Positions 1 to 11,951 of a stretch of 64,000 nucleotides of DNA are shown here, one piece after another. The stretch comes from Eledone cirrhosa (Eukaryota): assembly GCA_964016885.1 (NCBI GenBank), contig OZ024749.1, positions 45,012,001 to 45,076,000 of the forward strand. The letters are read 5' to 3'. The translations under genes were made by a program, and so were the position numbers. Under the pieces are notes generated by a model. It was not told the origin of the DNA. It ran no database searches and saw only the letters and a list, made by a program, of their open reading frames with translations. Each line of letters opens with the position of its first letter. Positions within the stretch are counted from its first letter, which is position 1.

Positions 1-31
<31 letters not shown>

Positions 32-333
32 TATATAGATATATGTAATTTCCTATTAAGCAAGAAAGTGCCTAGTTATGTAAATATAGACGTAGAGTTT
101 TGATACACAGATTTATATTGATTCTATGTTATAGGAGCTTCCTCGTTGGTGATTGAACAAATCGCTATGATGAGCTCCGATGCAAATTATCCGCTCAGGT
201 TTCATCACCTCAGTTGAGCAGTTATATAGGAAGCAAGATCAGAAAATTACGCTGGCATCTATTCCTCTGGCTTTGAACTGATCTAAGTTTTCAACTACCC
301 ACACATGCACACACACACCCGTATATCCCAATA

Positions 334-367
<34 letters not shown>

Positions 368-429
368 AGGAGGTTATAGTTCACTTGAAGCATTGTGTAA
401 TGAGGTATAAACGTTTGTATATGTATAAT

Positions 430-670
430 AAAGCCAAACAATGCAGGTATGGACATAGAATAAAGAATGCAAATGCAAAAGTTATTGTTGACAATTAGTC
501 TTTTACCTTAGATTTATTTAAATGTCCTTAATTTTCGAGATAATATCTCGAAGAAGAGATATTATCTCGAAAATTAAGGACATTTTAATAAATCTAAGGT
601 AAAAGACTAATTGTCAACAATATCTTTTGCATTTGCCTTCTATGTCCATACCTGCATTGTTTTGACTTTA
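430..670. repeat. ~240-bp near-perfect palindrome centred on a hammerhead-core remnant
   Basis: Arms ...GTCCTTAATTTTCGAGATAATATCTC / GAGATATTATCTCGAAAATTAAGGAC... flank a 6-nt loop GAAGAA (550-555). Complementarity extends to AAACAATGCAGGTATGGACATAGAA / TTCTATGTCCATACCTGCATTGTTT. Confidence 0.9.
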
Positions 671-766
671 TTATTACTATTATTAATTTTAATAATAGTA
701 ACAATGGTGATCTTGATGATGACGCTATTAATAATAGTAATAATAATTATTAATAATAGTAATAAT

Positions 767-954
767 TGTTTCTACTTTAGGCACAAGGCCAGCAATTACC
801 CAGTTCATTACTGGTACTTTATTTTATCGACCCCTTAAGGATGAAAGGCAAAGTCAACCTCGGCGGGATTTGAACTCAGATCGTAAAGGGACGTAACTAT
901 GCTGGAAAGCATGACGTCCGACCCTCTACCGATACTGCCAATCCACCGCCCTCA
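767..954 (-). mobile_element. tRNA-derived SINE (family A), full length
   Basis: Minus strand begins GGCGGTGGATTGGCAGTATCGGTAGAG (A-box-like), has GAGTTCAAATCC (B-box) and body GGGGTCGATAAAATAAAGTACCAG. An 18-bp TSD ATTAATAATAGTAATAAT lies at 749-766 and 955-972. Confidence 0.9.
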
Positions 955-972
955 ATTAATAATAGTAATAAT

Positions 973-1525
973 GATTTCATTTATTGGCCACAAGGACCGA
1001 CATATAGAGGACAATACAAAAGACTGGGACAGTGGGGTTTTTCAGAAAAATCGAGTACACAATATGAATAACAATAACAAAGTAACAATAACAAAGTAAC
1101 AATAACGTAACAATAAAATTACAACAAGAAAGAATTTCCCACCTAGGGATCGCTCAGGTACCCCACCAGTCCTAAACGACCCGACGCTTCGAGAGCACCC
1201 TGGAAGGGCACCCCTCTCCTCTTCAAATTTACCTACCTACAGCCGCATGACCAGAGTAGGCCCACTCACACGGGCCATTCTCGCCACATTCACCCACCTT
1301 TCAGCAAATGTACGGGGGGGGGGGCAGCACTTCTCTCTCCACCCTCACCTTCCTTACCAAGTGAAACTTGAAAAAGTTGATGAGGGATTGGCCGAAGAGA
1401 AAAGAGTCTGTCTTCAGTCCTTTCAACCTCGTCCACCATACAATCTCTTTCGCTACTGCCACCAGACAGAGGACAATTGCCTGCCCTTCCTGGCCAGAAG
1501 AACCGGCGGCGGGTCGATCTTCACT
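973..1525 (-). mobile_element. 5'-truncated L1/Tx1-like LINE (ORF2 C-terminus plus 3'UTR)
   Basis: Minus-strand translation GQAIVLCLVAVAKEIVWWTRLKGLKTDSFLFGQSLINFFKFHLVRKVRVEREVL..TFAERWVNVARM resembles Tx1 ORF2 C-termini (AK..W..R ... F..RW). AATAAA near the 3' end. 14-bp TSD ATAATAGTAATAAT at 959-972 and 1526-1539. Confidence 0.8.
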
Positions 1526-1619
1526 ATAATAGTAATAATATTTAAAATTTTGTTATATCATTATTATATATTTTGACATAAGTGATGGTAACTATTTCAA
1601 TGTACATTAAAATGATAAT

Positions 1620-1875
1620 AGTAATGATGATGATGATGATGATAGTGGTTTTGTTGGTGGTGGTGGTAATGGTGGTGGTGGAGGTGGTGGTGGTGGTGGT
1701 GATGATGATGATGATGATGATGATTGATTGAAATCAGAAAGAGGAGGATTGATTTGAAAACGAAGATGGTGATGTGATAATATTGACATGATGATGATGA
1801 TGATGATGATGATGTTGATAATGATGAAGCTGGTGGTGGTGCTGGTTATGGCGGCGGTGGTGTTTATGATGATGA
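1620..1875. repeat. (GAT)n/(GGT)n compound microsatellite
   Basis: Visible triplet runs. Confidence 0.9.
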
Positions 1876-2086
1876 CGTCAGTGTTTTCCTTAATTTGCCT
1901 CAAGTAAAATAAAATTGTTATCAAACAAGAGAAAACAGCCAAATATTATGATGGATTAAATTAGAATTATCTGCGATAAAATATAATTTTATAGGATCTA
2001 ACTGAACAAAAATGATATTAATAATTTTCATGACACAAACGTTGAACTCTAAAATACTGAGGCATTTCATCCTACACACACACACA

Positions 2087-2134
<48 letters not shown>

Positions 2135-2187
2135 TCTATTCATATATACTTATGTATATATATATAATCGCATACACACATACCCAC

Positions 2188-2221
<34 letters not shown>

Positions 2222-2224
<3 letters not shown>

Positions 2225-2420
2225 AAAATGTTTAACCCCGACGGCAGAGCTCAAGCCGTTTCGATGGTTATTTCTAGACTGTCCAGAAATAGCCGTCGAA
2301 ACGGCTTGAGCTCTGCCGTCGGGGTTAAACATTTTCCTATTACCTACTCTACTACCCTAAGTATTGAATACTCCGGTACGTTATGGTCCATCTGGATCCT
2401 TACTACACCTCCTTCGTTAT
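2222..2420 (+). mobile_element. Family B fold-back element in (TA)n, putative Penelope pLTR-end derivative
   Basis: Hairpin CCCCGACGGCAGAGCTCAAGCCGTTTCGA...TCGAAACGGCTTGAGCTCTGCCGTCGGGG plus an ~80-bp unique tail ending CCTTCGTTAT, with (TA)n on both sides. Confidence 0.8.
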
Positions 2421-2432
2421 ATATATATATAC

Positions 2433-2515
<83 letters not shown>

Positions 2516-2899
2516 TTGATAGAATCGAAACCATATTTGTTCTGTTATATAATTTTCAATCATTATCAACTCATCATGGACTACGTTATCAGCTGTATAT
2601 TATTGTATATTATTGAATATTATACGGGTTTGAAAAATAATATTGACAAAAGAAACGAAAATATGTCATTCACCTTCAAAAGACGCTGAGATTATGAGAT
2701 GAAAACTACAGTTTTTGCTATACAGTATATTATAAAGTATATAGTGCATTATAAACGATACACAAGCTTAAAAATCAGAATAAATATGTTATATAAACTA
2801 GACAAAATAATTTTTTATGTTTATATACAAATAAAATTTTATACATTTATATCAATTTATATACACTATTTATGAGTACTATCAATTTATATATACATA

Positions 2900-2950
<51 letters not shown>

Positions 2951-2990
2951 ACATACACACATATATATATGTATATAAACACATACACAC

Positions 2991-3080
<90 letters not shown>

Positions 3081-3119
3081 ATGTGTTTATATATGTATAT
3101 ATGTACATATATGTATATG

Positions 3120-3198
<79 letters not shown>

Positions 3199-3523
3199 TC
3201 AGAGAGAGAGAGAGAGAAAGAAAGAGATAAGTAGCAGTCTATTCAGTATTTTCTTATCAACAATTGTTATAAACTGTTTTGAATCCTCACTTGTTCCTTT
3301 TTATTTCTTTGTTTTCTAAATTTTACTCGGAATATATTAAGAAAATAATTGATAATGAATACAGAAATAAACAACTGCGACAAAAACAAAGTGAAAACAA
3401 AACGTCCAAAATCACAAAACCATTGTCAACTGCAAAAAGATAATGTTTGACGGAACATATATCTATCAATTGTCCTCAATCAATCAGGGTAGAAATACTG
3501 ATAAATATTTGAATGGAGCCGAT

Positions 3524-3566
<43 letters not shown>

Positions 3567-3800
3567 AGTAATAATATATGTAAAGACTAAAATCCGAAGA
3601 GGGCTCGATAATGATTATATATATATATAAACACGTAGAGAAAATATTTATTATAAGACCAGATTAAAGTTTAAGCAAAGAATCGCTGCTTTCACCATTA
3701 TATATATACATATATACATATATACATATATACATATATGTAGTTATCTATGTCTGCGTGTGTGTGTCAATGTGTATTTATGTCATTATCTTTATCATAA

Positions 3801-3982
3801 GGTGGATTGGCAGTATCGGTAGAGGGTCGGACGCCATGCTTTGCAGCACAGTTACGTCCCTTTACGGACTGAGTTCAAATCCCGCCGAGGTTGACTTTGC
3901 CTATCATCCTTACGGGGTCGATAAAACAAAGTACCAGTAATACATTGGGATAATTGCTGGCCTTGTGCCAAAAGTAGAAACA
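3801..3982 (+). mobile_element. SINE family A
   Basis: Family A head, B-box and body. 16-bp TSD ATTATCTTTATCATAA at 3785-3800 and 3983-3998. Confidence 0.9.
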
Positions 3983-4062
3983 ATTATCTTTATCATAATA
4001 TCTGTATCCTTATTTAAGTATCGTATACAATTTTCTGATGATATAACATTGGTTTCATCCAG

Positions 4063-4173
4063 ATACGGACATGAGCTGATTCATTGCTTGAGTACTCGCT
4101 GACGGAACGTGGTTTGAGAATACACACAGAGGAGACGAACTCCATGGAGATAAGACAAAGTACAAAGAACAAG
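4063..4173 (+). other. Possible isolated exon (UTR plus short coding start MEIRQSTKNK)
   Basis: TTTCATCCAG acceptor, AAG|GTAAAC donor, and an ATG at 4144 open to the donor. No homology evidence. Confidence 0.15.
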
Positions 4174-4352
4174 GTAAACCTAAATGATAAATGAACACAA
4201 AATTAAACACGTACACCCAGATGCACACTTAAAATACCATCTGACCAACAATATGTCAACAATATATCTAAATAAAGAGCGTGATTGCGTCCAGAATATA
4301 TATATTTTTTATCCCGTTTGTAAAATAAGTTGGATTACTTTGAATAAATAAT

Positions 4353-4649
4353 TGTTTCTACATTTGGCACAAGGCCAGCAATTACCCAGTGTATTACTGG
4401 TACTTTATTTTATCGAACCCGAAAGGATGAAAGGCAAAGTTAACCTCGGCGGGATTTGAACTCAGAATGGCAAGGACCGTAACTCTATGCGTCAAAGCAT
4501 GGTGTCCGACCCTCTACCGATACTGCCAATCCTCCGTCCACTTTGAATAAATAATTGTTTCTACTTTAGGCACAAGGCCAGCAATTACCCAGTGCATTAC
4601 TGGTACTTTATTTTATCGACCCCGTAAGGATGAAAGGCAAAGTCAACCT
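4353..4649 (-). mobile_element. Two tandem SINE family A copies (full 4353-4539; 5'-truncated 4556-4649)
   Basis: Family A sequence. Target CTTTGAATAAATAAT occurs three times (4338-4352, 4541-4555, 4650-4664). Confidence 0.9.
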
Positions 4650-5424
4650 CTTTGAATAAATAATGAATGAATATTACATAATTAATCTACTAAATTTCGT
4701 TATTCTTGATTAAATATAAATAATTACGTTCCTTATTTTAAGATTCACTTCTTTAAATTTTTCAAATGTCAACATTTCCAGTTAGCGATCGCTTAAATAA
4801 ATATTCACATATTTCCGTTGCTAATTTTCTAGTGCAGTTTATATATAATATCATCTCTTTTTTTAATGTATCATGGATTACGTTATTGATTACATAAGAT
4901 AGTGTAACGCAGTCTTCCTTCAATTTCTGTGTATATTGTCAATTACGATTTTATTTGATGTATAATATCTACATGCATATATACTTGCGTATAATATCAA
5001 TAAGCACACTACACATGTTAACAGAAAACCAGACGAAGGGTGGTTTTCCTGCTAGTAAATATAATATATGGAGAACAATTGGGAGATTGATAGACAGACA
5101 GAAAGATTGGGAACGATTACAATGTGAGAGATGCTGAGAGCAGATGTGTTTAAGCATGTATATTAGTAAATACACCTACAAATTTACTACATATATTGGT
5201 ATTGATACCTGTTGTAGATGTAGAATTATAACAAGCATGACTCATGCAAAGAGTTTTTCTGCAGTTATTTATATCGATTTGTTTGTTTAGTCAACCATTT
5301 TCATATGAATGCTGGAAATACTCCAGCAGATTATCGAAATTATTATATGTATTTTTCTTTATAATTTTACTATATGTATACATATATATAAGACTTGGAT
5401 ATATTTACCAAAGTATTACCGATA

Positions 5425-5464
<40 letters not shown>

Positions 5465-5585
5465 TCGTTCTATATATACAAATACACATGAATAAATATG
5501 TACATACATACGGATATGCATACACACGCAAACACACGCACATATCTATATATATATATGTGTGTGTATGTATGTATATTAATAT

Positions 5586-5627
<42 letters not shown>

Positions 5628-5695
5628 TAGAAAATAGTCAGAACCCCGACGGCAGAGCTCAAGCCGTTTCGACAGCTAAACGGCTTGAGCTCTGC
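5628..5695. mobile_element. Family B hairpin fragment
   Basis: CCCCGACGGCAGAGCTCAAGCCGTTT cgacagct AAACGGCTTGAGCTCTGC. Confidence 0.75.
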
Positions 5696-5815
5696 TTTCA
5701 ATCCTCAGAATGAAAAAATCCTGGTCTGTTTATTGAATTTGGATTTAAAAAAACCTTTTTTAAAATCCAAATTCAATAAACAGACCAGGATTTTTTCATT
5801 CTGAGGATTGAAAGC
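5694..5815. repeat. Near-perfect ~120-bp palindrome overlapping an HHR core
   Basis: GCTTTCAATCCTCAGAATGAAAAAATCCTGGTCTGTTTATTGAATTTGGATTT / AAATCCAAATTCAATAAACAGACCAGGATTTTTTCATTCTGAGGATTGAAAGC. Confidence 0.9.
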
Positions 5816-5853
5816 AAAATCTTTTGCTTTTAAGAAACCACTGGTAAATGGAA
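5794..5853 (+). ncRNA. Type I hammerhead ribozyme motif
   Basis: Stem I TTTCATT/AATGGAA, core CTGAGGA, stem II TTGAAAGCAAAA/TTTTGCTTTTAA, GAAA, stem III ACC/GGT, cleavage triplet GTA (5844-5846). Confidence 0.7.
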
Positions 5854-5995
5854 CAATTGCCTTATGTTGTTTATTACATAACTATTAAGCTCTGTTACCT
5901 ACATAGAGCACTCTTTTTTCCTGGACTTTTCCGACGGAATTACTTCATTTATACATATATATATATATATATATTTCTATATTAATATACATACA

Positions 5996-6085
5996 CTTTT
6001 CCTATCACCCACTCCACTACCCAAAGTATCGAGTACTTTGTGTGCCTTATGGTCCACCTGGTTCCTTATCACACCTCCTTCGTTA
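5996..6085 (+). mobile_element. Family B unique-tail fragment
   Basis: TTTTCCTATCACCCACTCCACTACCC...TTATGGTCCACCTGGTTCCTT...CCTTCGTTAT, followed by (TA)n. Confidence 0.75.
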
Positions 6086-6099
6086 TATATGTATATATA

Positions 6100-6132
<33 letters not shown>

Positions 6133-6349
6133 GACATTGGCACAAACAAACACAATCGCCCGCACTATTATGTATATGCACTCTTTCACACATACATGTA
6201 TATGACACTGAAAGTGTCTAAGTATATATATATGTATATATGTATACACACACTCACACAACCACATATATATATATACACCCCCCTACACCCGTACAGA
6301 TATATATATATATATGTATATATATTTGTGTGTGTATGTATGTATATTA

Positions 6350-6393
<44 letters not shown>

Positions 6394-6880
6394 TCTCTGT
6401 CTGATTCAGTTACGATTTTTTGCAATATTTATTGTTTTCCCATACATACTCATATTTTTTTTTTCTCAGGCTCACTATTGTATTTTTCTGGCATATTTTA
6501 TTCACATGCATTCAACTATGCATCTATTCTTTCAGCCTGCCTGGAAAGCCACGAATTTCACATACATTCACACGCAGTCGAAACATGCGCATGTGTGGTT
6601 GTATCTGATTCCGATATTCTAAAGTATATCATCATATATATATTTATGGGTTTATGCTTGTATGTATGTAAGTATGTATATATGTATATTTGTATGCTTA
6701 TTTGTATGTAAGTACAAATATGTATGTATGTATATATGTATGTATGTACGTATGCATGTGTCTGCTTGTATTTATGTATATATACATATATTTTCAGGTA
6801 GGTATGTAACTAGGTAGGTATGTAACTAAGTACAAATATATGTCCGCATATATATACCCGCATATATGTCCGCATTAGAC

Positions 6881-6968
6881 GTGTCCGTCGAACCTGCGGG
6901 TCCAGAATCAAACAGATCCACACAATGATCGCGTCTCGAGCTGTCCGACGGCGAAACAATTGTAACAC
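6881..6968 (+). ncRNA. Degenerate hammerhead-like motif
   Basis: Stem I GTGT/ACAC and CGAAAC-AATT-GTA followed by AATAAA, but the 5' core is decayed (CCGTCGA). Confidence 0.3.
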
Positions 6969-7084
6969 ACAATAAATTGAGTTCAGATGCATCATTCGTT
7001 TTCTATTCTATCATATTCTGCTCCGTAAGAGCATAGAGTGTTCAACTGGCATACCGCCTAGGGAAGCATCTTAGCTACCATCAG

Positions 7085-7148
<64 letters not shown>

Positions 7149-7151
<3 letters not shown>

Positions 7152-7347
7152 AAAATATTTAATCCCGACGTCAGAGCTCAAGCCGCTCCGACGGCTATTT
7201 CTGGACTATTTCAGTCCGGAAATAGCCGTCGAAACAAATTGAACTCTGCCGTCGGGAACAAACGTTCTTATTACCCACTCTACTACCCTAAATATTGAGT
7301 ACTCTGGTGCGTTATGGTCCATCTGATTCCTTACCACACATCCTTCG

Positions 7348-7350
<3 letters not shown>
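7149..7350 (+). mobile_element. Family B fold-back element
   Basis: Same hairpin and tail, more diverged, with (TA)n flanks. Confidence 0.8.
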
Positions 7351-7401
<51 letters not shown>

Positions 7402-7514
7402 TGAGAGAGAGAGAGAGTGAGAGAGAGAGAGAGAGAAGTCAGGAGTGATCGTGTGTAATAAGCGTATTAAATAATTATAAATGATTACTTTCATTTATTA
7501 TGTATCTGTATGTA

Positions 7515-7659
<145 letters not shown>

Positions 7660-7671
7660 CATATAAATATA

Positions 7672-7711
<40 letters not shown>

Positions 7712-7715
7712 CATA

Positions 7716-7803
<88 letters not shown>

Positions 7804-8468
7804 CGCATATGAACATACGTCCATATATACGTGCATACATGCATAACTATATATTTTACAATTGCCCGTGCAATGCATTGTTCGTCTGTAGTGTCAAGAT
7901 CTTTAGATACACACGATTCACAGAACTTCCCTTGTAAATCTTTTCCAGAAGCTCGAGTTGACGACCACCCTACGTTTACAAGTGTGAACCCTCACCTTAT
8001 GACATTAGAGGCTTTGGCTATGTGGCTGTGTTTTGTATTCTTCCATATCGTCATCCGCGTCGTTTCATCAAACATACCCTCGAAGACTTCTATACATCGA
8101 ACAATATGACATATGTTACTCGAGAAGAATGTTCTTTGTGCTTTGTGTTAAAGATCTTTTCTCAAGTTTCACCTTCTGCAATAATTGTATCGCTCCTTTT
8201 GTTGAATAACCAATCCATAGGTTGCTACAAACTACTGAAATAACTCATATTCTCATTAAATTTTCTTAGGTTCATAGATGATTTATTTATTTGTATATGT
8301 ATACATTTAGAGAAGAGTCTTTCATAATCTACACATTGGCTATTCTAGGTCAGGTACAATTGATTATCGTGCTTGCTGTCTAGCTTAGTCTACCTTATTC
8401 ATATTTAGGATGTTTAGCATACAGAAGGGCAGACTATTATTCAAAATACGAAAGCCAGAAAACATGCA

Positions 8469-8506
<38 letters not shown>

Positions 8507-8599
8507 TATAGAATAAAGCATGTCCAGAGAATTATTTGATAATATACACGCAAAATCACATATATACCTGTGAATTTGTTTAATTGGTGTATGTGTAAA

Positions 8600-8701
<102 letters not shown>

Positions 8702-8752
8702 TATATGTATATAAATATGTGACTTTGTTTAATTGGAGTATGTGTAAATATT

Positions 8753-8810
<58 letters not shown>

Positions 8811-8888
8811 TATATGTATATAAATATGTGTATGAATATATATAAATAAATAGACAAATATATATGTCTGTATAAATAAATATATATT

Positions 8889-8938
<50 letters not shown>

Positions 8939-9619
8939 GTAGTAGTATAGTAAGTGCCAAACATGGTGAGCTATGTCTTAAACGACTGAGATCCTCCCAA
9001 AAGTCGGTACAAATATCTAAAGGGCAAAAGAGAACGAACTAACCAAATAAAGTAATGTTTTACCCACTATATATCAACATGATATTGCATGTCTAATACC
9101 GTATTTTCAAATGTGAAACGAAAACGGTTCAAAACAAAAATTAACGATCGATGTGTTCTTCCCTAACTGGTCTACGTGTCTGAAATACCAACGCGCGGAG
9201 CCGATTTACCAGCCAACCAGTAGCCAAACATGCATTACTGACCTATTGTTTATATGTAGCATTTTTTTTTTTTGCTTTCATTTTTAAATTTTCCACATTC
9301 CTCTCTGTCGCCTCTACGGTGACTTCAATGTCTCGGCTGCGGCTTCAGTCAAGATGTTTTTGACATAAGATGATTCTCAGTCATCGTCATGTTCTCCCTG
9401 ATCAGTTGACTTCAGTAAGGAAATACCACATGATATCATGTATTCCTAGCTCTCCCTGAATTGTTCCGAACTGGAATTTTCTTGAACATAGTTCTGTACT
9501 AAAAATTACCATCAGCAATATTAATGACAAAATGGCCACAGTTACCTATTATGATCCAGTCTCTTCTCTCCACTGTCCAATTATATGATAGTGGACACCA
9601 TATAGTTGTATAGTTATCG

Positions 9620-9745
9620 AGTTCGTTTCGCATTCATTTGGTCCCGGATTCAAACCCACTATTTAGGTTATTGCCCCAGTCTCTGGTCGACCCATGGGAT
9701 GTGAGTGAATTTAGGTAGATGAAACTGTTTAAATGCCCGTCGTGT
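9620..9745 (+). mobile_element. Decayed SINE with RTE-like tail
   Basis: GGATTCAAACCC B-box-like motif and ...GTGAATTTAGGTAGATGAAACTG...GCCCGTCGT tail, related to 63405-63470 on the minus strand. Confidence 0.4.
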
Positions 9746-10003
9746 TGATGATAGCTAAGATATGCTGTACTTTAACGTATCATACAAGCATGTCAAGCTG
9801 AATCTCCTGACTAACTGCGTAAGATTACTCGTGTCTGTGGAATTCATAGACATTTACACAGGAATTTCCTTTTACTTTAGTTAGTAATCTTGAAATGATG
9901 ACTTTATGATCGACTAAACCAACGTGTCCCAGCTTGGCCGCAGTCTAATAACTGAAGCCAGTAAAGAAAAAAGAATGCAGTGAAACTTAAGCCATATAGC
10001 AGG

Positions 10004-10233
10004 AATTAATATAGCAGAGCCTGTTACGAGAAACTTTTGGGAAACAACGTATTCTCCGTAAATACGGATAAAACCAAGGATTCTATAGGAGTGTTATGTT
10101 ATTGAATATGGACTGAATAATACATATAAGTATATAAGCCGCAACGTAAAAGTGTCGATTATTTTCATAATTTAAAAACAAATATATTCACATGTGTTTT
10201 GAAGTTAGGTAATCCAATTGTAATACTAACCGG

Positions 10234-10316
<83 letters not shown>

Positions 10317-10364
10317 TATATATATATATAATTATATATATATATAATTATATATATATATATA

Positions 10365-10434
<70 letters not shown>

Positions 10435-10512
10435 ATTATATATATATATATATATATATAATTATATATATATATATAAATATAATTATATGATTATATG
10501 TATATATATATA

Positions 10513-10552
<40 letters not shown>

Positions 10553-10910
10553 TATATATATAGATAGATATATATATATAGATATATATATATATATATA
10601 TATAGATATATAGATATATATATATAGATATATATATATAGATATATATATATATATATTCACATACATAATTTCAGAAGATTAGTGATACAATTGGATT
10701 ACCCAATTACATAACACCATATTTGTTATATATTCGTTTAAATTATTCCAAAATAATCGAAAATTATATGATGTAAATGAATGAGAATTATGCAGATTTT
10801 TGTTTCATTATCAATACCGTAACACTCCTAAAGAATCCCTCCAAACTATTCGTCTTTACTTAGAATATGCAGGTTTTATCGTTCCTTTCCTGCTGTTTGT
10901 ATATTAATGC
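10004..10910. repeat. Old diverged inverted repeat (~230-bp arms) around a (TA)n block
   Basis: GGATTCTATAGGAGTGTTATG vs CGTAACACTCCTAAAGAATCC, and GGTAATCCAATTGTAATACTAA vs TTAGTGATACAATTGGATTACC. Confidence 0.7.
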
Positions 10911-11057
10911 ATACAATTACCTTTAATCTGAAGGCTTTTTGTTATTTATATACCGACACAACAAAATAACTTCCACAAAGAAATTGCCTATCAATAGCAA
11001 AACGGATTTCCAATTATTATTATCATTAATAATAACAATAATAATAACAATAATAAT

Positions 11058-11618
11058 TGTTTCTACTTTAGGCACAAGGCCAGCAATTACCCAGTGCATT
11101 ACTGGTACTTTATTTTATCGACCCCGTAAGGATGAAAGGCAAAGTCAACCTCGGCGGGATTTGAACTCAGATCATAAAGGGACGTAACTGTGCTGGAAAG
11201 CATGGTGTCCGACCCTCTACTGATACTGCCAATCCACAACAATAATAATGATTTCCGATTGAGGCACAAGACCAGCAATTTTGGCGGAGAGGAAAGTCAA
11301 TGAAATCGATCCCAGTGTATGACTGGTACTAAATTTTATCAACCCGGTAAGGATGACAGGAAAAGCTAATCTCGGTTTGGAACTGAGAACATGAAGGGAC
11401 GTAAAGCATGTTTTCCGATGCTCTGCCGATACTGCCAATCCACTACCCCAATAATAATTGTTTCTACTATTGGCACAAGGCCAGCAATCACCCAGTACAT
11501 TACTGGTACTTTATTTTATCGATCCCGTAAGGATGAAAGGCAAAGTTAACCTCGGTAGGATTTGAAATCAGATCATAAAGGGACGTAACACTTTGCTGCT
11601 AAGCATGACGTCCGACCT
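11058..11618 (-). mobile_element. Cluster of three head-to-tail family A SINEs (middle copy is the long variant)
   Basis: Copies at ~11058-11237, 11250-11450 and 11458-11618, separated by (AAT)n. Confidence 0.85.
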
Positions 11619-11904
11619 TAATACCGTTTGGTTGTAGTTTTCTAATCCTCATCTCTATAATTTACGTAAAATATGTTCATTATTTCTTTTTCTGTTCTCC
11701 ATTTCAGAAGCAATTTCCGTATATTGTAAGTATGCCTTATTCATTATTAATGAATTTAAGTTTTTTAACGATACGAGAAACAGTAACGTAACCTCTGACC
11801 TTCTTGAAATTCTGCAATAATATGCAATAATTCTACTACGTAATTTCAAGTTTGTGACCTACAACGTGGACAATATAATCATTCATTGCTCTTAATATTC
11901 TTCA

Positions 11905-11951
11905 CTTCATTCTGATGAGGTGATTGCGAAAGTCTAGAGACGTAAATGATG
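11905..11951 (+). ncRNA. Degenerate hammerhead motif
   Basis: Stem I TCATT/AATGA, core CTGATGA G...C GAAA, then GTCT-AG-AGAC and GTA. Stem III would be perfect with one restored C. Stem II is weak. Confidence 0.4.

Noticed and set aside
1247-1576. 109-aa plus-strand ORF
   Set aside because: It is the antisense shadow of the Tx1-like ORF2 fragment on the minus strand.
2222-2420. Family B as CRISPR repeats or bacterial REP-like palindromes
   Set aside because: The copies are dispersed, not arrayed with spacers, there are no cas genes, and the context is eukaryotic.
2872-3234. YIYIYI-, CVCV-, ERER- and HTHT-type ORFs here and throughout the window
   Set aside because: They are stop-free translations of dinucleotide microsatellites, not genes.
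3594-3615. CCGAAGAGGGCTCG as an HHR core
   Set aside because: No stem II partner or GAAA follows.
3801-3885. SINE heads as tRNA genes
   Set aside because: A and B boxes are present, but they continue into a SINE body with TSDs and no convincing cloverleaf.
4035-4062. CTGATGA followed by a weak hairpin
   Set aside because: It lacks the GAAA half-core and stems I and III.
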